Assembly: GCF_001194135.2 (NCBI RefSeq)
Contig: NC_068981.1
Span: forward strand, 180,315,600 to 180,369,217
Origin: Octopus bimaculoides
Taxonomy: Eukaryota
Direction: 5' to 3'
Length of the DNA stretch: 53,618 bases
Each line of letters opens with the position of its first letter. The stretch's first letter is position 1. The notes beneath the pieces were generated by a model, which searched no databases, was not told where the DNA came from, and saw only the letters and a program-made list of their open reading frames with translations. The position numbers and the translations under genes are program-made. Shown piece by piece: positions 1 to 13,239 of the stretch.

Positions 1-61
<61 letters not shown>

Positions 62-284
62 GTACATATATGTATATATATATATACGTATGCATATATA
101 TATACATATATACATATGTATGTATATGTATATAGATATGTATGTATATGTGTATGTATATATATATATGTGTGTATATATACTTTTGTATGTATATATA
201 TGTATGTATATATGTATATGTATGTATATATATGTATATATATATTATAATATATGTATAACATATATATATAACATATATATT

Positions 285-319
<35 letters not shown>

Positions 320-364
320 TATATCTCTATGTGTTTGTGTGTATTTGATACACACACACACGCT

Positions 365-404
<40 letters not shown>

Positions 405-410
405 TACATG
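1..410. repeat. Compound (TA)n/(TATG)n/(CA)n microsatellite
   Basis: Directly visible simple repeats; source of the YIYV-type ORFs. Confidence 0.95.
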
Positions 411-558
411 TAATGACCTGGAGGTAGGTGGTGTGCGTGTGTGTGTGAGTGTGTGTGTCATTTTTAATTGAAATAAATATTATACTAAAGATGTTTAACT
501 ATATCTTAATGAGCACAGCAGGTGTAAAAGCGCCTTTCGACATTATGCTGCTGCTTTA

Positions 559-717
559 ACTACTACTACTGCTACTGCTACCACTACAACAACTACTACT
601 ACTAGAATTAACAACTCTACCATTATTATTATCATTATTATTATCATTATTTTAATTATCATTATTATTATTATCATTATTTTAATTATTGATATTATTA
701 TTAAAAAACCAGAATCA

Positions 718-795
<78 letters not shown>
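559..795. repeat. (ACT)n then (ATT)n microsatellite
   Basis: Directly visible trinucleotide tracts. Confidence 0.95.
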
Positions 796-797
<2 letters not shown>

Positions 798-974
798 GAC
801 GGTGACCCGGCAGGATCGTTAACACGCTGGACATCTGAGTTCATATTCCACCGAGGTTGACTTTGCCTTTCATCCTCTCGGGTTCCATTAAATAAGTACC
901 AGTTATGCACTGGAGTTGATATAATCGACTGAATCCCTTCACCCAAATTTGAAACCTTGGGCTTCCAGTAGAAA
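796..974 (+). mobile_element. SINE family A, internally deleted copy
   Basis: Core gaggttgactttgcctttcatcctctcgggttccattaaataagtaccag is shared with copies at 1.05, 7.1, 25.9 and 39 kb; the core resembles Nin/Deu-type SINE central domains (inference). Confidence 0.8.
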
Positions 975-996
975 ATTATTATTATCATCATCATCA

Positions 997-1040
<44 letters not shown>

Positions 1041-1046
1041 GTTATT

Positions 1047-1256
1047 GCAACGGGCTAGCAGAAGCGTTAGCACACCAGGCAAACTTCTTACCAGCTTTTT
1101 TTCCGTCTTTTTGTTCTGAGTTCAAATTCCGTCGAGGTCAACTTTATCTTTCATCCTTTCGAAGTCGATAAAATGAGTACCTGTTGAGTACCGTGATCAA
1201 TGTAATCAGTTAATCCCTCCACCGAAATTGATGGCCTTGTACCAAGATTTGAAACC
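1047..1256 (+). mobile_element. SINE family A
   Basis: Head gcagaagcgttagcacacc, B-box-like gagttcaaattcc, core ttcatcctttcgaagtcgataaaatgagtacc, tail gccttgtaccaagatttgaaacc. Confidence 0.85.
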
Positions 1257-2539
1257 AACGCTTGTTACAGTAAGGGCGAATAAGGAAACGGGGAAAAAAT
1301 AATGACTACCTTTTGAAAACACTTTCCAAAAACTAACACCCAAGTAAGTAGGGGATTTTAGCCAGAAAAATAAATTAAAATAAGCCGCAGCCATTAAAAA
1401 TAGTTGTAAATGTGGAAAAATGTATTTAAGTAAATCAACAAATATAAAATAAAGGCAGATGTATCATATAATTGTTAGGTGGATGGAGAAACAAATCGTT
1501 GAAATAAATATTAACTTGAGTGAAAATGGGATTATAGAATATCATTCTTAGTTGATTGTAACAAGTCACTAACATGGTCAAAACCTGACTAAACCTGACA
1601 AAAGTTCTCATATTTATTCCTATTTCTTCACCCACTTCACCGGCCCCAACTCAAAAGATGCAAAGTCGTTACATTAGCGACTGTATCAGCGGTACTTTAT
1701 TTAAAATCGAATTGTTCAAATCTTTGATTTCCTTCGTTATCTATTTTCACTCTGCGTCGTTGTAATTCCCCATCTACTATCTCTAACACCTCAGTCAATT
1801 TCTTAGATGTCTCCATCGTCATTTACCACTGCCACCTGTCTATTTGACTGTCACCCCTACTTTAGTTTTCCTTATCCCACGCTACTCACAGTAGATTAGA
1901 TATTACCTCGCATTGTCTTCTTTTCCATTTCCTCTCTACGTTAAATTTGAGGCAAAATGTCATGGGATGTTCTTCCCAGTGATGTAAGATTTTACTGATA
2001 CGGATGAATGTCTAAACCCTTCATATTCTGGATTTCCTATGCCATGAATAACTTGCAAACAATAAGAAGTACATAAACTAATACCCACCCTTCTAAAACA
2101 AGGACATTTCACATTATCTCTTTACTGCTATTCACCACCTTTAATTGACCAAATGTTATTGTACTCAAATTTAAATATTATATAGTTGTTGTCCCATAAC
2201 TTCTGAATTCATCCCTTCAAGGCAACGTTAATCATGTTAGGATTTGAACTCAGAACCACAGAGCCGGATGAAATTCCAGAAGACATTTTTAGACTTTCTA
2301 ATGATTCTGCCAATCGAGGGTTCAACATTTGGAGAAGGCAAGAAAAGAAGGATTCTTTATGCCTAATGGGAACCCTTTAACCTAGATTGGCACCCCGTTA
2401 CTGATAGTTTCTCGATAAATAAGGACCCTTATTGTTGTGTTACTCATCACCAGTAATAATTCCCCAAAACAGAAAGAAATTCAACAGTGAACCAGGCAAC
2501 ATCAACGCTATAAACGAAAATGGAATATCGGAAGAAGGT

Positions 2540-4050
2540 ATAGTCCGGCAGGCGAGTGGTGCTAGACGGATCGTCATTCAACACTTGCTTGATGAAAGAC
2601 TTATGGCCAGCGGAGATGGATCAAGACAGATTACATACTTTTGAATGAATGCCATTTTAGAACTAAGGTTGAAGAAGAAAGTCCACGTACTCGATGATGA
2701 AATGTTTGTTTGTTTGAGTTGGCACAAAACAAGCGAAATCAAGCACACACGATCCATGGAAGATAGTGGCTAACACAAGTTGAAATAGAGATCAATCAAA
2801 AAATCAATGAGGACGCGTTGGGGATCGGTCAAGGAGTAAATGAAGACATCATACAGGTTGGACACTATAAAATTTCATGGAAAGAAAGGAAGTAAATATT
2901 GAACTAGAACATACCAGCATTGTAAGCGATGAAGTTGGGCTTGGCAACTATATACATTTGATGGAAACACATTTAAATTATACGATCAAGGGAAATGCTT
3001 AATATGTAAAGATTCGAAAGGCGAAAAGCGAAATATTTTGACGCGATTAAAAGAAATTCTAAATAATTCAGAAACCAAAAGCCATTATACCAGAGACAGA
3101 TTAACAGAGGCAAATTCTTAGTTGAAACCTAAAAAGTTGAAGCTGTATAAGAACATATAATTATAAACACGACATTACTGACATCCATAATTTAATGTGC
3201 TGCTCTGGTTGATGTGGGAGAAAGATTGAATGTGAAACACGTCGATATTAAAAGAAAGTGAAACAAGATTCGTGGCAGGAAAGATGGATTGAAAGGTGCG
3301 TAAAAATACTGAGACCTGGGTCAGACTGAAAGCTGGAGTAAAGCAACTTTCGAAAAGTAGAAAAGTCTTATCTTAAGTGAAAGCACAGTATATATATGAA
3401 AGCTTTACCTTAGTATTAGAAAATATCAAGCAATGATTTCGTACAAATCCAACCAGGACAAAGCATCACACTGAGAGAGCAACTCTGAGTGTAACAGACT
3501 ATTTTCAGTCAAATCAGGAACAGATTTACCGTAACATTTGAGGAGATACAATACAAAATTTGACACTACATACAATAGATTCAAGATAATTTTAAGTAGG
3601 AATATGGATGTCCCTCAGTACACGTGTTAAAATTGCAGATTTGATAAAACCGATTAAAACAGACAGTGACAATGCAAAGTAGAAAACTCCAATGACTGTA
3701 ACTAGAGACAATAACCTGTAACAGGAAAATATTATACCAAATGGAAAGATTCCAAGCCTAGATGAGATGCAAATACTTTGGACGTAACATCAAAATTCTT
3801 ACACTGCCCAATTGAAAATCATTAACATGAATGTGTGATACAAAGAAATGTATCAGAGTGGATGTCTAAGGGAAGAATTGCTTTGATATAAAAGATACAG
3901 TGAAAGGATATGCATTAGAAAAGTATCCTTTTATTATGTGTAACTGCTTTATAAGTTACTAACAGGCATTTTTTATGGGAAAACACACAAGCATTTTATG
4001 TAGAGTATATTGATAAATATTGAAGAGAAGATGTGGGATCAACACAAAAA
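2540..4050 (+). mobile_element. Highly degraded R4/Dong-clade LINE (N-terminal region to start of RT)
   Basis: Frameshifted remnants RRWIKTDYILLNECHF, RNQAHTIHGR*WLTQVEIE, NRLF-SNQEQIYRN, PNGKIPSLD, SEWMSKGRIALI-KD and LYKLLTG occur in the colinear order expected for R4-clade ORFs. Confidence 0.65.
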
Positions 4051-4583
4051 TTACCCAGGACCAGCACGCGTAACGTTGGTGGGAGACTCCCAAAAGAGGT
4101 ATGATGTGGTGAGATGACCTTGTATTTTTTGGTATAGCAGAAAATCTCGTCAATGCCTTCAGTGACAGTATGAAAAATCACTGGGAAGTGTTGCCATAGA
4201 AACATTTATTATCCTGTTATTTGTTATCGCGTTAATACCTCTCTCAATGACTCTTTTTTTAAATCGCTATGAGCAATAGGAAAGGCCAACAATGGCACAA
4301 AACTTTTCATCGATCATAGCTGCATAAGATCAACGTCAAGTTAAAAATTCTACAACAATAGGTTTACTAAACCAGAACGCTGCTGTCGATACCAAATGAT
4401 AGCTTTATGATTTAATATACGAACGCTTTTTCTAGTTTCCCAGTAATCTCAATGATAGTGTATATCCACGGATACGTGGGTAACATTTGGTAATATACTG
4501 ACAACTGAAATAAACATGCACCGATGTATGATAATGATAAGACTGTTATAATGTGTATCACTCAGAAGTAACAGTTAATTTAT

Positions 4584-4614
<31 letters not shown>

Positions 4615-5090
4615 CATACATACATACATACATACATACATACATACATACATCACGACATATTTTGAGCAAACCACCTCTATGAAATTACAAAGTCCTC
4701 GAAAAGGAAATGTGCAAGTTATACAGTACGAGAGCGTAATCAATTCTAATAATAATTAGCGTACTGAGAAGTATAAATTTAAGCAGAAAATTATAAACAC
4801 CATTCTGGGGGAGAATCACAATTTTTACGAAGTGAAACTGTTTTGTTTTGATGATCTTTCTTAGAGCACAAATTATAGTGTTTTTCAACATCTTGCTAAC
4901 CTGGTCGAGACACACTTTTATATATTTGTTTTGCACGATTCGTGTTATGAAATCGTGTGTTGAAACAGATATTGTTATACTTGGGGATGGCCATATTTTG
5001 CCAATTAAACTCACGCACTATATATTTGGTCTTCACTTCAGCTTTTTTCTTTTTGTCTGATATCTTTCTTCACACATCCTGTGATCCCTT

Positions 5091-5196
5091 CTCAGTAAGG
5101 CAAAAATTCGCATCTCAGTAAGGCAAAAATTCGCAAACATCTCAGTAAGGCAAAAATTCGGAAACCTCTCTCCATCTCAGTAAGGCAAAAAATTCG
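5091..5196. repeat. Four copies of the 20-bp unit ctcagtaaggcaaaaattcg with 3/7/15-nt spacers
   Basis: Copies at 5091-5110, 5114-5133, 5141-5160 and 5176-5196 (last has one extra A). Confidence 0.9.
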
Positions 5197-6123
5197 CGAA
5201 CAAACCCAAAAGTAATTCCGCGAAATACAATCCATATTCTACATCACACAACCTCTATTTAATAACACAAATCACATAGCACATATTCTGAATTTTAATA
5301 ACACTTTTCTCGTAGTAGACACTCGGTAACCTTCATTAAACTTTCTCGACAATTAAACGTAACGCAGAACAACGAAACAAATCCTTCAACACAGCAAATT
5401 AAATATGACAAAAATACTTAATTCCTTCCCTAATTGTGCTACAAAAACTCGGTTTTCTGAGTTCGGTAAAGTGACAAAGAGGTGCATTAACCAGGAATTC
5501 AGTCAACGTCCTTAATTTTTCTGGATGTATTCGGTCAGATGGTATTATTATGAATGGTTTCAAGAGTTTTTTTTTTTTTTTCATAGACATTTATTCATGT
5601 CATTCGTAAGTGTTCTTCATGTTTAAAGGGTTACATCAACATATCATATTTCTCAGCTAGGTATAAGTTGCATCTTTTTCACGGATTGGAATATATTGCA
5701 GTTTCAGCTATGGAATTAATAACAGAGTAAGTATTACATGCTCCATAGCTGAGGATATAATGGATTAAGAAAGATATAGCTTATGTCTGGATAAGAAAAA
5801 TACTATAAAGCAGCTCTCCGAACTATTAAACAAAATACCTGAAATGCAAACAGGAATAGATACAGATGCATTGAAATAAAGAGGTGGAATATATTGTGTT
5901 TCAAGATCTGAAGGAGTGAGTAAGCTGTATGTACCTGGATATGAATGTGTGCTTCCTTAGTGCTATATAGATACTTTCGATGGCAACCGTGATTGTTATC
6001 TTACTTTTCTTCACCAACACTTTTGTAATTCGTTTGCTATTAAGCAAGCAGGATGTGACATTGCCGCAATTGTATTCCAGTGATTGTTTTGGTGCTTTTC
6101 TCATATAAATATATACACACACG

Positions 6124-6473
6124 TGGAGGTGGTTAGGGCAGCAGATTCTCGGTCTTAGGATCGCGGTTTCGATTCCCAGACCGGGCATTGTGAGTGTTTA
6201 TTGAACGAAAACACCTAAAGCTCCACGAGGCTCCAGCAAAGGGTGGTGGTGAACCCTGTTGTACTTTTTCACAACTTTCTCTCACTCTTTCTTCCTGTTT
6301 CTGTTGTACCTGTATTTCAAAGGGCCCTGTCACACTCTGTATCACGTTGAATCTCCCCGAGAACTACGTTAAGGGTACACGTGTCTCTCGAATGCTCAGC
6401 CACTTGCACGTTAATTTCATGTTCTGTTGATCGGATGAACTGGAATACTCGTTGTTGTAACCGACGGAGTGCC
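6124..6473 (+). mobile_element. tRNA-headed SINE family B
   Basis: B-box-like ggtttcgattcc; body aligns with copies at 27686, 36560 and 43817. Confidence 0.9.
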
Positions 6474-6911
6474 TGCACATACACACACATAGACACATAC
6501 ACACACATGTGTGCATTCGTATACCTGCATACGTGTCACTCATATATGGAGACATAAAAACACACAAAACCAGTCCCCACCTCCCAACTCTATCAACGCT
6601 GGAAGCATCACCAAGTTTTCCGAATTTATCCCTGGCCCTCAACCTGAAAATCCTCTGAAAAAAGATTGTTTAAGCTTAATCGTCGATTTTTATTGTATCT
6701 TCCATAACACCTCCATAACACTCTGGAGAACGCAATATTGGACGTCCTATCAATTGCATGGCCCACCTAGTAAGGAATTGAGAACATTCGAGATATCAAG
6801 CACGTCTTTGAGCAATCCAGTGCAGGTCTTTTACAGTGACTAACTGTCTCTACAAAATCTTACCCTCTTCCCAGGAATGGCTACTGAAGACGTAGACTCA
6901 GTGAAAATAAT

Positions 6912-7083
6912 GGTTTCACATTTTGGCACAAGGCCAGCAATTTTTCATAGGAAGAGGAAGTCGATTGGAACGATCCCAACACTTGACTGGTACTTATTTT
7001 ATTGATCTCGAAACGTTTAAACGCAAAGTCGGCCTCGGCGGAATTTAAACTCAAAACGCATAGCGTTCTGCCAGCTCGTTGTC
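6912..7083 (-). mobile_element. SINE family A, internally deleted
   Basis: Reverse complement of family A tail (ggtttcacattttggcacaagg), core and head (gttctgccagctcg). Confidence 0.8.
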
Positions 7084-7106
7084 TTAGCCTCAGTGATAAT
7101 GATATT

Positions 7107-7320
7107 GGTTTCAAATTCTAGCACAAGGCCAGTAATTTCGGGGGATGGGGGTAAGTCGATTGTATCGACCCCAGTGCTCAACTGGAACTTATTTTATCAG
7201 CCCCGAAAGGAGTGAAAGGCAAAGTCGACTTCGGTGGGATTTGAACTCAGAAAGTAAAGACGGACGAAATGCTGCTAGGCATTATGCCCGGCGTGCTAAA
7301 GACTTTGCCTACTTCACGCC
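7107..7320 (-). mobile_element. SINE family A
   Basis: Full-length reverse-complement copy with core ccccgaaaggagtgaaaggcaaagtcgacttcgg. Confidence 0.9.
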
Positions 7321-7735
7321 TTAGCGTCAGTGATAATAATATCAATGATAATTTATTTTACAAAAAGTTCAAATAGACACTTTGACACTTTTAGCAACGT
7401 ACTACTGACCGGTAATCGAAACCTGATGTTAGTATTTTCTTTTACGGCATCACGCCATAACCGTGGCCGTGGCCACTTTTGTCTTTAAAGATACTATATT
7501 CATTGTCTTTCTCATCATCATCAATTCAACATCTTCACCTTCACCAACATCATTGTCTCGTGCACTTTTCAAAGAAAATGCAAGGAAGTTTGTATGGCAT
7601 CGTAATTTACACGGCGTTTGCAGGCAATGATGGTTGTGATAAACCGTCTTGAGTTGGTGGCGAGGTGAGGAACATAAAAATATAGTTTGAATGAATTAAA
7701 ATTGTTTCAACTCACGCACATATATTCATATGCGT

Positions 7736-7783
<48 letters not shown>

Positions 7784-9319
7784 ACATACACACAGGCATA
7801 AACACAAGCACATGCACACACAGACATAAACATACATACATACATGCATCATCGTTTCATGAATATTATTTTAAAATTATTTGTATGTAATATTTATTTA
7901 TACAGTTTCTCAATACTATTTCGATACACAGTTCTCGGAAGTCCTTATTTATACTATTTTATTCATTCATTTATTTATTCATTAGCAAAGTAGTTGTTTG
8001 TTGGTTTTTGTTGTTTCTTTGTGTTCTTTTTTTTTTTGTTTTTTTTTGTTTTTTTTTTACTTTGTTGTTTTGACTATTCTTTTTAAACACCGTCTGTTTA
8101 TATAGCTTCATACAAATACGTGACAACATAATTTAATGACTAAACATTTTATAAACCTATTGAAACGTAAATCACGCAAATATATTACTGGCTTTCTTCA
8201 ATTAAACTGTGCTTTACTGCTTGCACTACGCAAAGTGCAATATATGTGCGTATATATATGTGTGTGTGGGTGCGTGCATGCGTGAGGGTGGGGGGTGTAT
8301 GTGTGTGTATATACATATATGACATGCACGTGTGTGTGTGTATAAATGCATGTGTTATGTTGGACACGTTAGATAATGTTGTTCTAGATACATTATGTCA
8401 GAAAAAATTTCGATGGAATGGTCTCAGATGTAACGCCTTTCGATCAAGAGCAACTTGGTGCTAAGCAACAATACCAGTTTCTGGAAAAGTTAGAAATACT
8501 CATTGAAACGTAAATCTCAAATTTCACGACACTAGCGTATTGTCAACTATACTGTACGGTTGTGGAACAATGACACTCATTGACAATTAAGAAAGGGAGA
8601 TAAGAAAGAAAAGTTGACGACTTCTTAATCAAACATTCGAGATGAATTATGGGAATAATCTGGCATGATCTCATGAAGGTTGAATTTTCAACCAGAAATC
8701 AGCATACACCAATATCACCAAGTCGCGATTATGATTTATAAGCACCATTTCTAATAGTCTGGTCACGTCTTGCTATACACACCTTAAAGTGAGCCTTGCG
8801 CTGAAAGACATGCAATGATTCAAAGATTTAAAGCTGGACGGCGTTTGGAGGATTTAACTCATGTCCCGCGTCGAACAGGAATTTTTCGAAGGGAGGGCAC
8901 AAAGTCAGAAGGGAATACAATTCCAGGAGAAAAGAGCATAATAACATTATTCAGAAGGGCACACTTTTTTCTTGAGTGGGCACGTGCACTTCAGCCCCGC
9001 CCCTGCCTACAACTAAAGTCAATGTTCAGAGTAGTAGTGGTGGTGGTGGTGGTGGTAAAGTTGTTGCCGTCAAAAGATTGCTAAACTCCGTCTTTTTCAT
9101 CTCCCTTTAGTAGCTTGTTACAGCGATGCACCCACCGCTGTGGTTTTCAGATGTGCCAGTTTACTCTCTTACTTGCGGTTCGACTTCAATCATTTTTCTT
9201 TCGTTTCTTTGTTTGTTTGTTTTTTTGTTTCTTTTTCGTTTTTGTTTTGTTTTTTTTTTGTTTTTTGTTATTTTTTCACATTTTTTGCTATTTTGAAATC
9301 AAATATCACATCGTTGCAG

Positions 9320-9353
9320 AGGTCCAAAAAAGAATCTAACCCTCTATGCTCTT
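9320..9353 (+). CDS. Candidate 34-nt internal exon (RSKKESNPLCS), gene unknown
   Basis: Long T-rich tract, acceptor ttgcag and donor gtaagt; phase-compatible with 9703-9750; no homology recognised. Confidence 0.3.
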
Positions 9354-9702
9354 GTAAGTAGTTCTGCAAAAAAAAAAAGCCCTCAACTTTTACAAATAAC
9401 AAGTACCTAACCAATAAACAATACAGGTTAGTCAAATTCTTACGTGAACTAATCATAATAATAATCGTTTCTCACAAATCCAGAATTTAAAGACAGGAAC
9501 AGTAAATTATATCGATTGTAGTACATGATTGGTAATTTGGCCACAGCGGTGTTTTGAACTCAGAATATAAAGAGCCGGAACAAATTTCTGATATGTTGAC
9601 AAGTCTTTAAGCAAGAACATATCTATATCCAATATGTGTATACCTGGACGCGCAGCATTGTAATGATGATTAACTCAGGATTTGCACTATCTTCCTTTAC
9701 AG

Positions 9703-9750
9703 CACTAAAGAATGTACACGAAGTACGATCATTGCTAGAAATAGCAGCCG
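9703..9750 (+). CDS. Candidate 48-nt phase 1-1 exon (xLKNVHEVRSLLEIAAx), gene unknown
   Basis: Acceptor tttgcactatcttcctttacag, donor CCG|gtaagc, open frame; no homology recognised. Confidence 0.35.
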
Positions 9751-9863
9751 GTAAGCTATGGGCGCTATGTAAAGCTTCACTGAATGTTTACAGGCAGAAA
9801 TGTTTGCGTGTGGTGAATATAGGAAAATTTTGGCTGGATAGTCAAGCTCCTTACCACACAGCG

Positions 9864-9935
<72 letters not shown>

Positions 9936-10362
9936 GTGTATGTGTGTCTGTGTGTGTGATAAAACATTTTCTTAAATCAAAAATTAGTATTGAATTAAAG
10001 AAATCTTTTAAAAAAACAGATGAACAATGATATGATGGAAGGAAGATTTTGCGTAAGCGATCTTCATAATTTACACATTTTTAAACATATATGGTTGGAA
10101 AGCTGAGACACTGAATAGCGCTTACACAAATCCACAAAATCTTCCATCATGTTTTTAATTGAAGAAAATCTTTATTAATGTAACTATGAAGTTATTCCCA
10201 AAATTCTTTGTGTTTAATATATCGCTCTTTATATATGTGTATATATGTGTTTGCTACTGCATGTGTATGTGTGTGTGTGTGCATGTGTCAGTCTAAATGT
10301 AAGTCTGAGTATGCTGTGCTTTTATGTATGCATGTACCTGTATACATGTGTATATGTATATA

Positions 10363-10397
<35 letters not shown>

Positions 10398-11360
10398 NNN
10401 NNNNNNNNNNNNNNNNNNNNNNNNNNNNNNNNNNNNNNNNNNNNNNNNNNNNNNNNNNNNNNNNNNNNNNNNNNNNNNNNNNNNNNNNNNNNNNNNNNNN
10501 NNNNNNNNNNNNNNNNNNNNNNNNNNNNNNNNNNNNNNNNNNNNNNNNNNNNNNNNNNNNNNNNNNNNNNNNNNNNNNNNNNNNNNNNNNNNNNNNNNNN
10601 NNNNNNNNNNNNNNNNNNNNNNNNNNNNNNNNNNNNNNNNNNNNNNNNNNNNNNNNNNNNNNNNNNNNNNNNNNNNNNNNNNNNNNNNNNNNNNNNNNNN
10701 NNNNNNNNNNNNNNNNNNNNNNNNNNNNNNNNNNNNNNNNNNNNNNNNNNNNNNNNNNNNNNNNNNNNNNNNNNNNNNNNNNNNNNNNNNNNNNNNNNNN
10801 NNNNNNNNNNNNNNNNNNNNNNNNNNNNNNNNNNNNNNNNNNNNNNNNNNNNNNNNNNNNNNNNNNNNNNNNNNNNNNNNNNNNNNNNNNNNNNNNNNNN
10901 NNNNNNNNNNNNNNNNNNNNNNNNNNNNNNNNNNNNNNNNNNNNNNNNNNNNNNNNNNNNNNNNNNNNNNNNNNNNNNNNNNNNNNNNNNNNNNNNNNNN
11001 NNNNNNNNNNNNNNNNNNNNNNNNNNNNNNNNNNNNNNNNNNNNNNNNNNNNNNNNNNNNNNNNNNNNNNNNNNNNNNNNNNNNNNNNNNNNNNNNNNNN
11101 NNNNNNNNNNNNNNNNNNNNNNNNNNNNNNNNNNNNNNNNNNNNNNNNNNNNNNNNNNNNNNNNNNNNNNNNNNNNNNNNNNNNNNNNNNNNNNNNNNNN
11201 NNNNNNNNNNNNNNNNNNNNNNNNNNNNNNNNNNNNNNNNNNNNNNNNNNNNNNNNNNNNNNNNNNNNNNNNNNNNNNNNNNNNNNNNNNNNNNNNNNNN
11301 NNNNNNNNNNNNNNNNNNNNNNNNNNNNNNNNNNNNNNNNNNNNNNNNNNNNNNNNNNNN

Positions 11361-11393
<33 letters not shown>

Positions 11394-11592
11394 ACACATA
11401 TATTATTAATGCTCTTTGCTTCTGTATACTTATTAGTAGAAAAGTTAAACAAACATTTATTGAAGACTCAGTCAAGACATTTACTTAAAATAGCATATTA
11501 ATTTCGTTTTCGTATTTGAATTTGGTATCAGTGACTTTGAAATTTCCCTGATCAGTCACAAGGGACGATACTTCAAAGTCATTGTTACATAC

Positions 11593-11659
<67 letters not shown>

Positions 11660-13239
11660 GCCTGTATGTATATATTAACGTATGTGTGCGGGATACATGC
11701 GTGTCTGTGTTGTGAGGGAGCGTTCCTGCATATTTAAGTTTGTTTTTTTATGAAATATCTTCCAACCCACATAGTAAAGTTGAACATATTGCAGCAACCA
11801 ATTACGGCAAATAGAAATCATGTTAGTTCATTTTTAATGTGAACATATGTCTCTGTGCATGTGTGTATGTTTTTTGGTGGGGGCGCGAGCGCGCGCGTGT
11901 GTGTGTGTGTGTAATTACTTTTCGGTTTGCGTGCACGTGTACCTATCTACCAACATACACCAGCAAACATTAGCATCAAATGAATAGCTTTGTTTTACAT
12001 CTGAATTATAAAACAACGGTGCCGCATTTTCTAATATGCAAAGTTTATTATTGTTGGAAATTGAAATCCGTTAAGGGTGTTTTATAATATTGTACGACAG
12101 AAAGAAAATTACGAATACACTAGAGACGATTGGGGTTTTTTCCTTTGTTTTAAGTATGTAATTTGTACCATTGTTGCTATATTTTTTCGTTTACATTTCT
12201 TCTTATAATATTTATTTAATCATATCTTCCACGTTCGTTCATTTATTAATATATTTATTGGTTTCTTGTTTATGTTTATTTCGAAGCTGCTTTAATTTAA
12301 TAGCAATGTAAGTTGGCTGTGTCGATATAATGAATGAGACACGAAGAACGGTTTCCATACGTATAGAACTGTCTATAGGATATGGTGTCAAATATTGGAG
12401 ATTGACAGAGAGTAGATGATGTTTGAAGAGACAGTAATTGATTGCTGTTGGTATAAGAACTTCACAAAAGTGACGACGAGTAGAAATGTTGGTGATAGCA
12501 CCAACAATGATGCTAAAGAAACAAGAATTATTTTACAGATTACGGTTTTACAGATTAATTTCGAAATTAAGAGGTTACAAATAAAATAGATAGAGTGAGA
12601 GATAGACAGACAGCATTGATACCAAACACGCACGCACACACACACACACACACACATACACACACACATACACACATACATACATACATATATATAAAAT
12701 CACATTTATATATATACATACATATATCATCTAATGTATAATAGAGTGTAAATTGCTAGAATCTTGAGTCACTCAACGTAGTTATCACGCCAAACATATG
12801 TAGATTATGAATTTGCAGTAGAAAACCAGGTCTTAGAGGTATATAGTTTACAGTTCCCTCAAGGTAAAAATCAACATCTGTGGCGAGATTCTCAAGATTC
12901 TATCAATTTACACACCATTATACATTAAATATTTTTCTCTCACTGGATGGTGTACTTTTTTGTTGATCTTATCTTAACGGAACAGTAAACTGTATACACA
13001 TATATGTATGTGTATGGATGGATAAGTCGTAATGATGTGGGAAGGAATCACCAGAGGAACATTTGGTAAAAGTAAGAAATAATTATAATACCTACGGGGA
13101 AAGACGCCGGCGAAAAGAGCTTACACAAACATCTTATATCTTTCATTATGCCTGTATTATTCCGTTGTCAAGATGTTTTTTAAGTAATGTAATTTCTAAA
13201 GAACATTTTTGTCACGCACATACACATATACCCTGTAGA

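Noticed and set aside
1680-2040. Possible additional R4-like remnant on the minus strand
   Set aside because: Only a short NDAE-like match; below my evidence threshold
5091-5196. CRISPR-like repeat-spacer appearance
   Set aside because: Eukaryotic context, 3-15 nt related spacers, no cas genes
10398-11360. 300-430 aa ORFs spanning N-runs (also gaps at 18039-18905, 19777-20523, 29849-30215, 31617-31796, 38409-38581, 40038-40462, 41704-41937, 43740-43816)
   Set aside because: Poly-X artefacts of assembly gaps flanked by microsatellites
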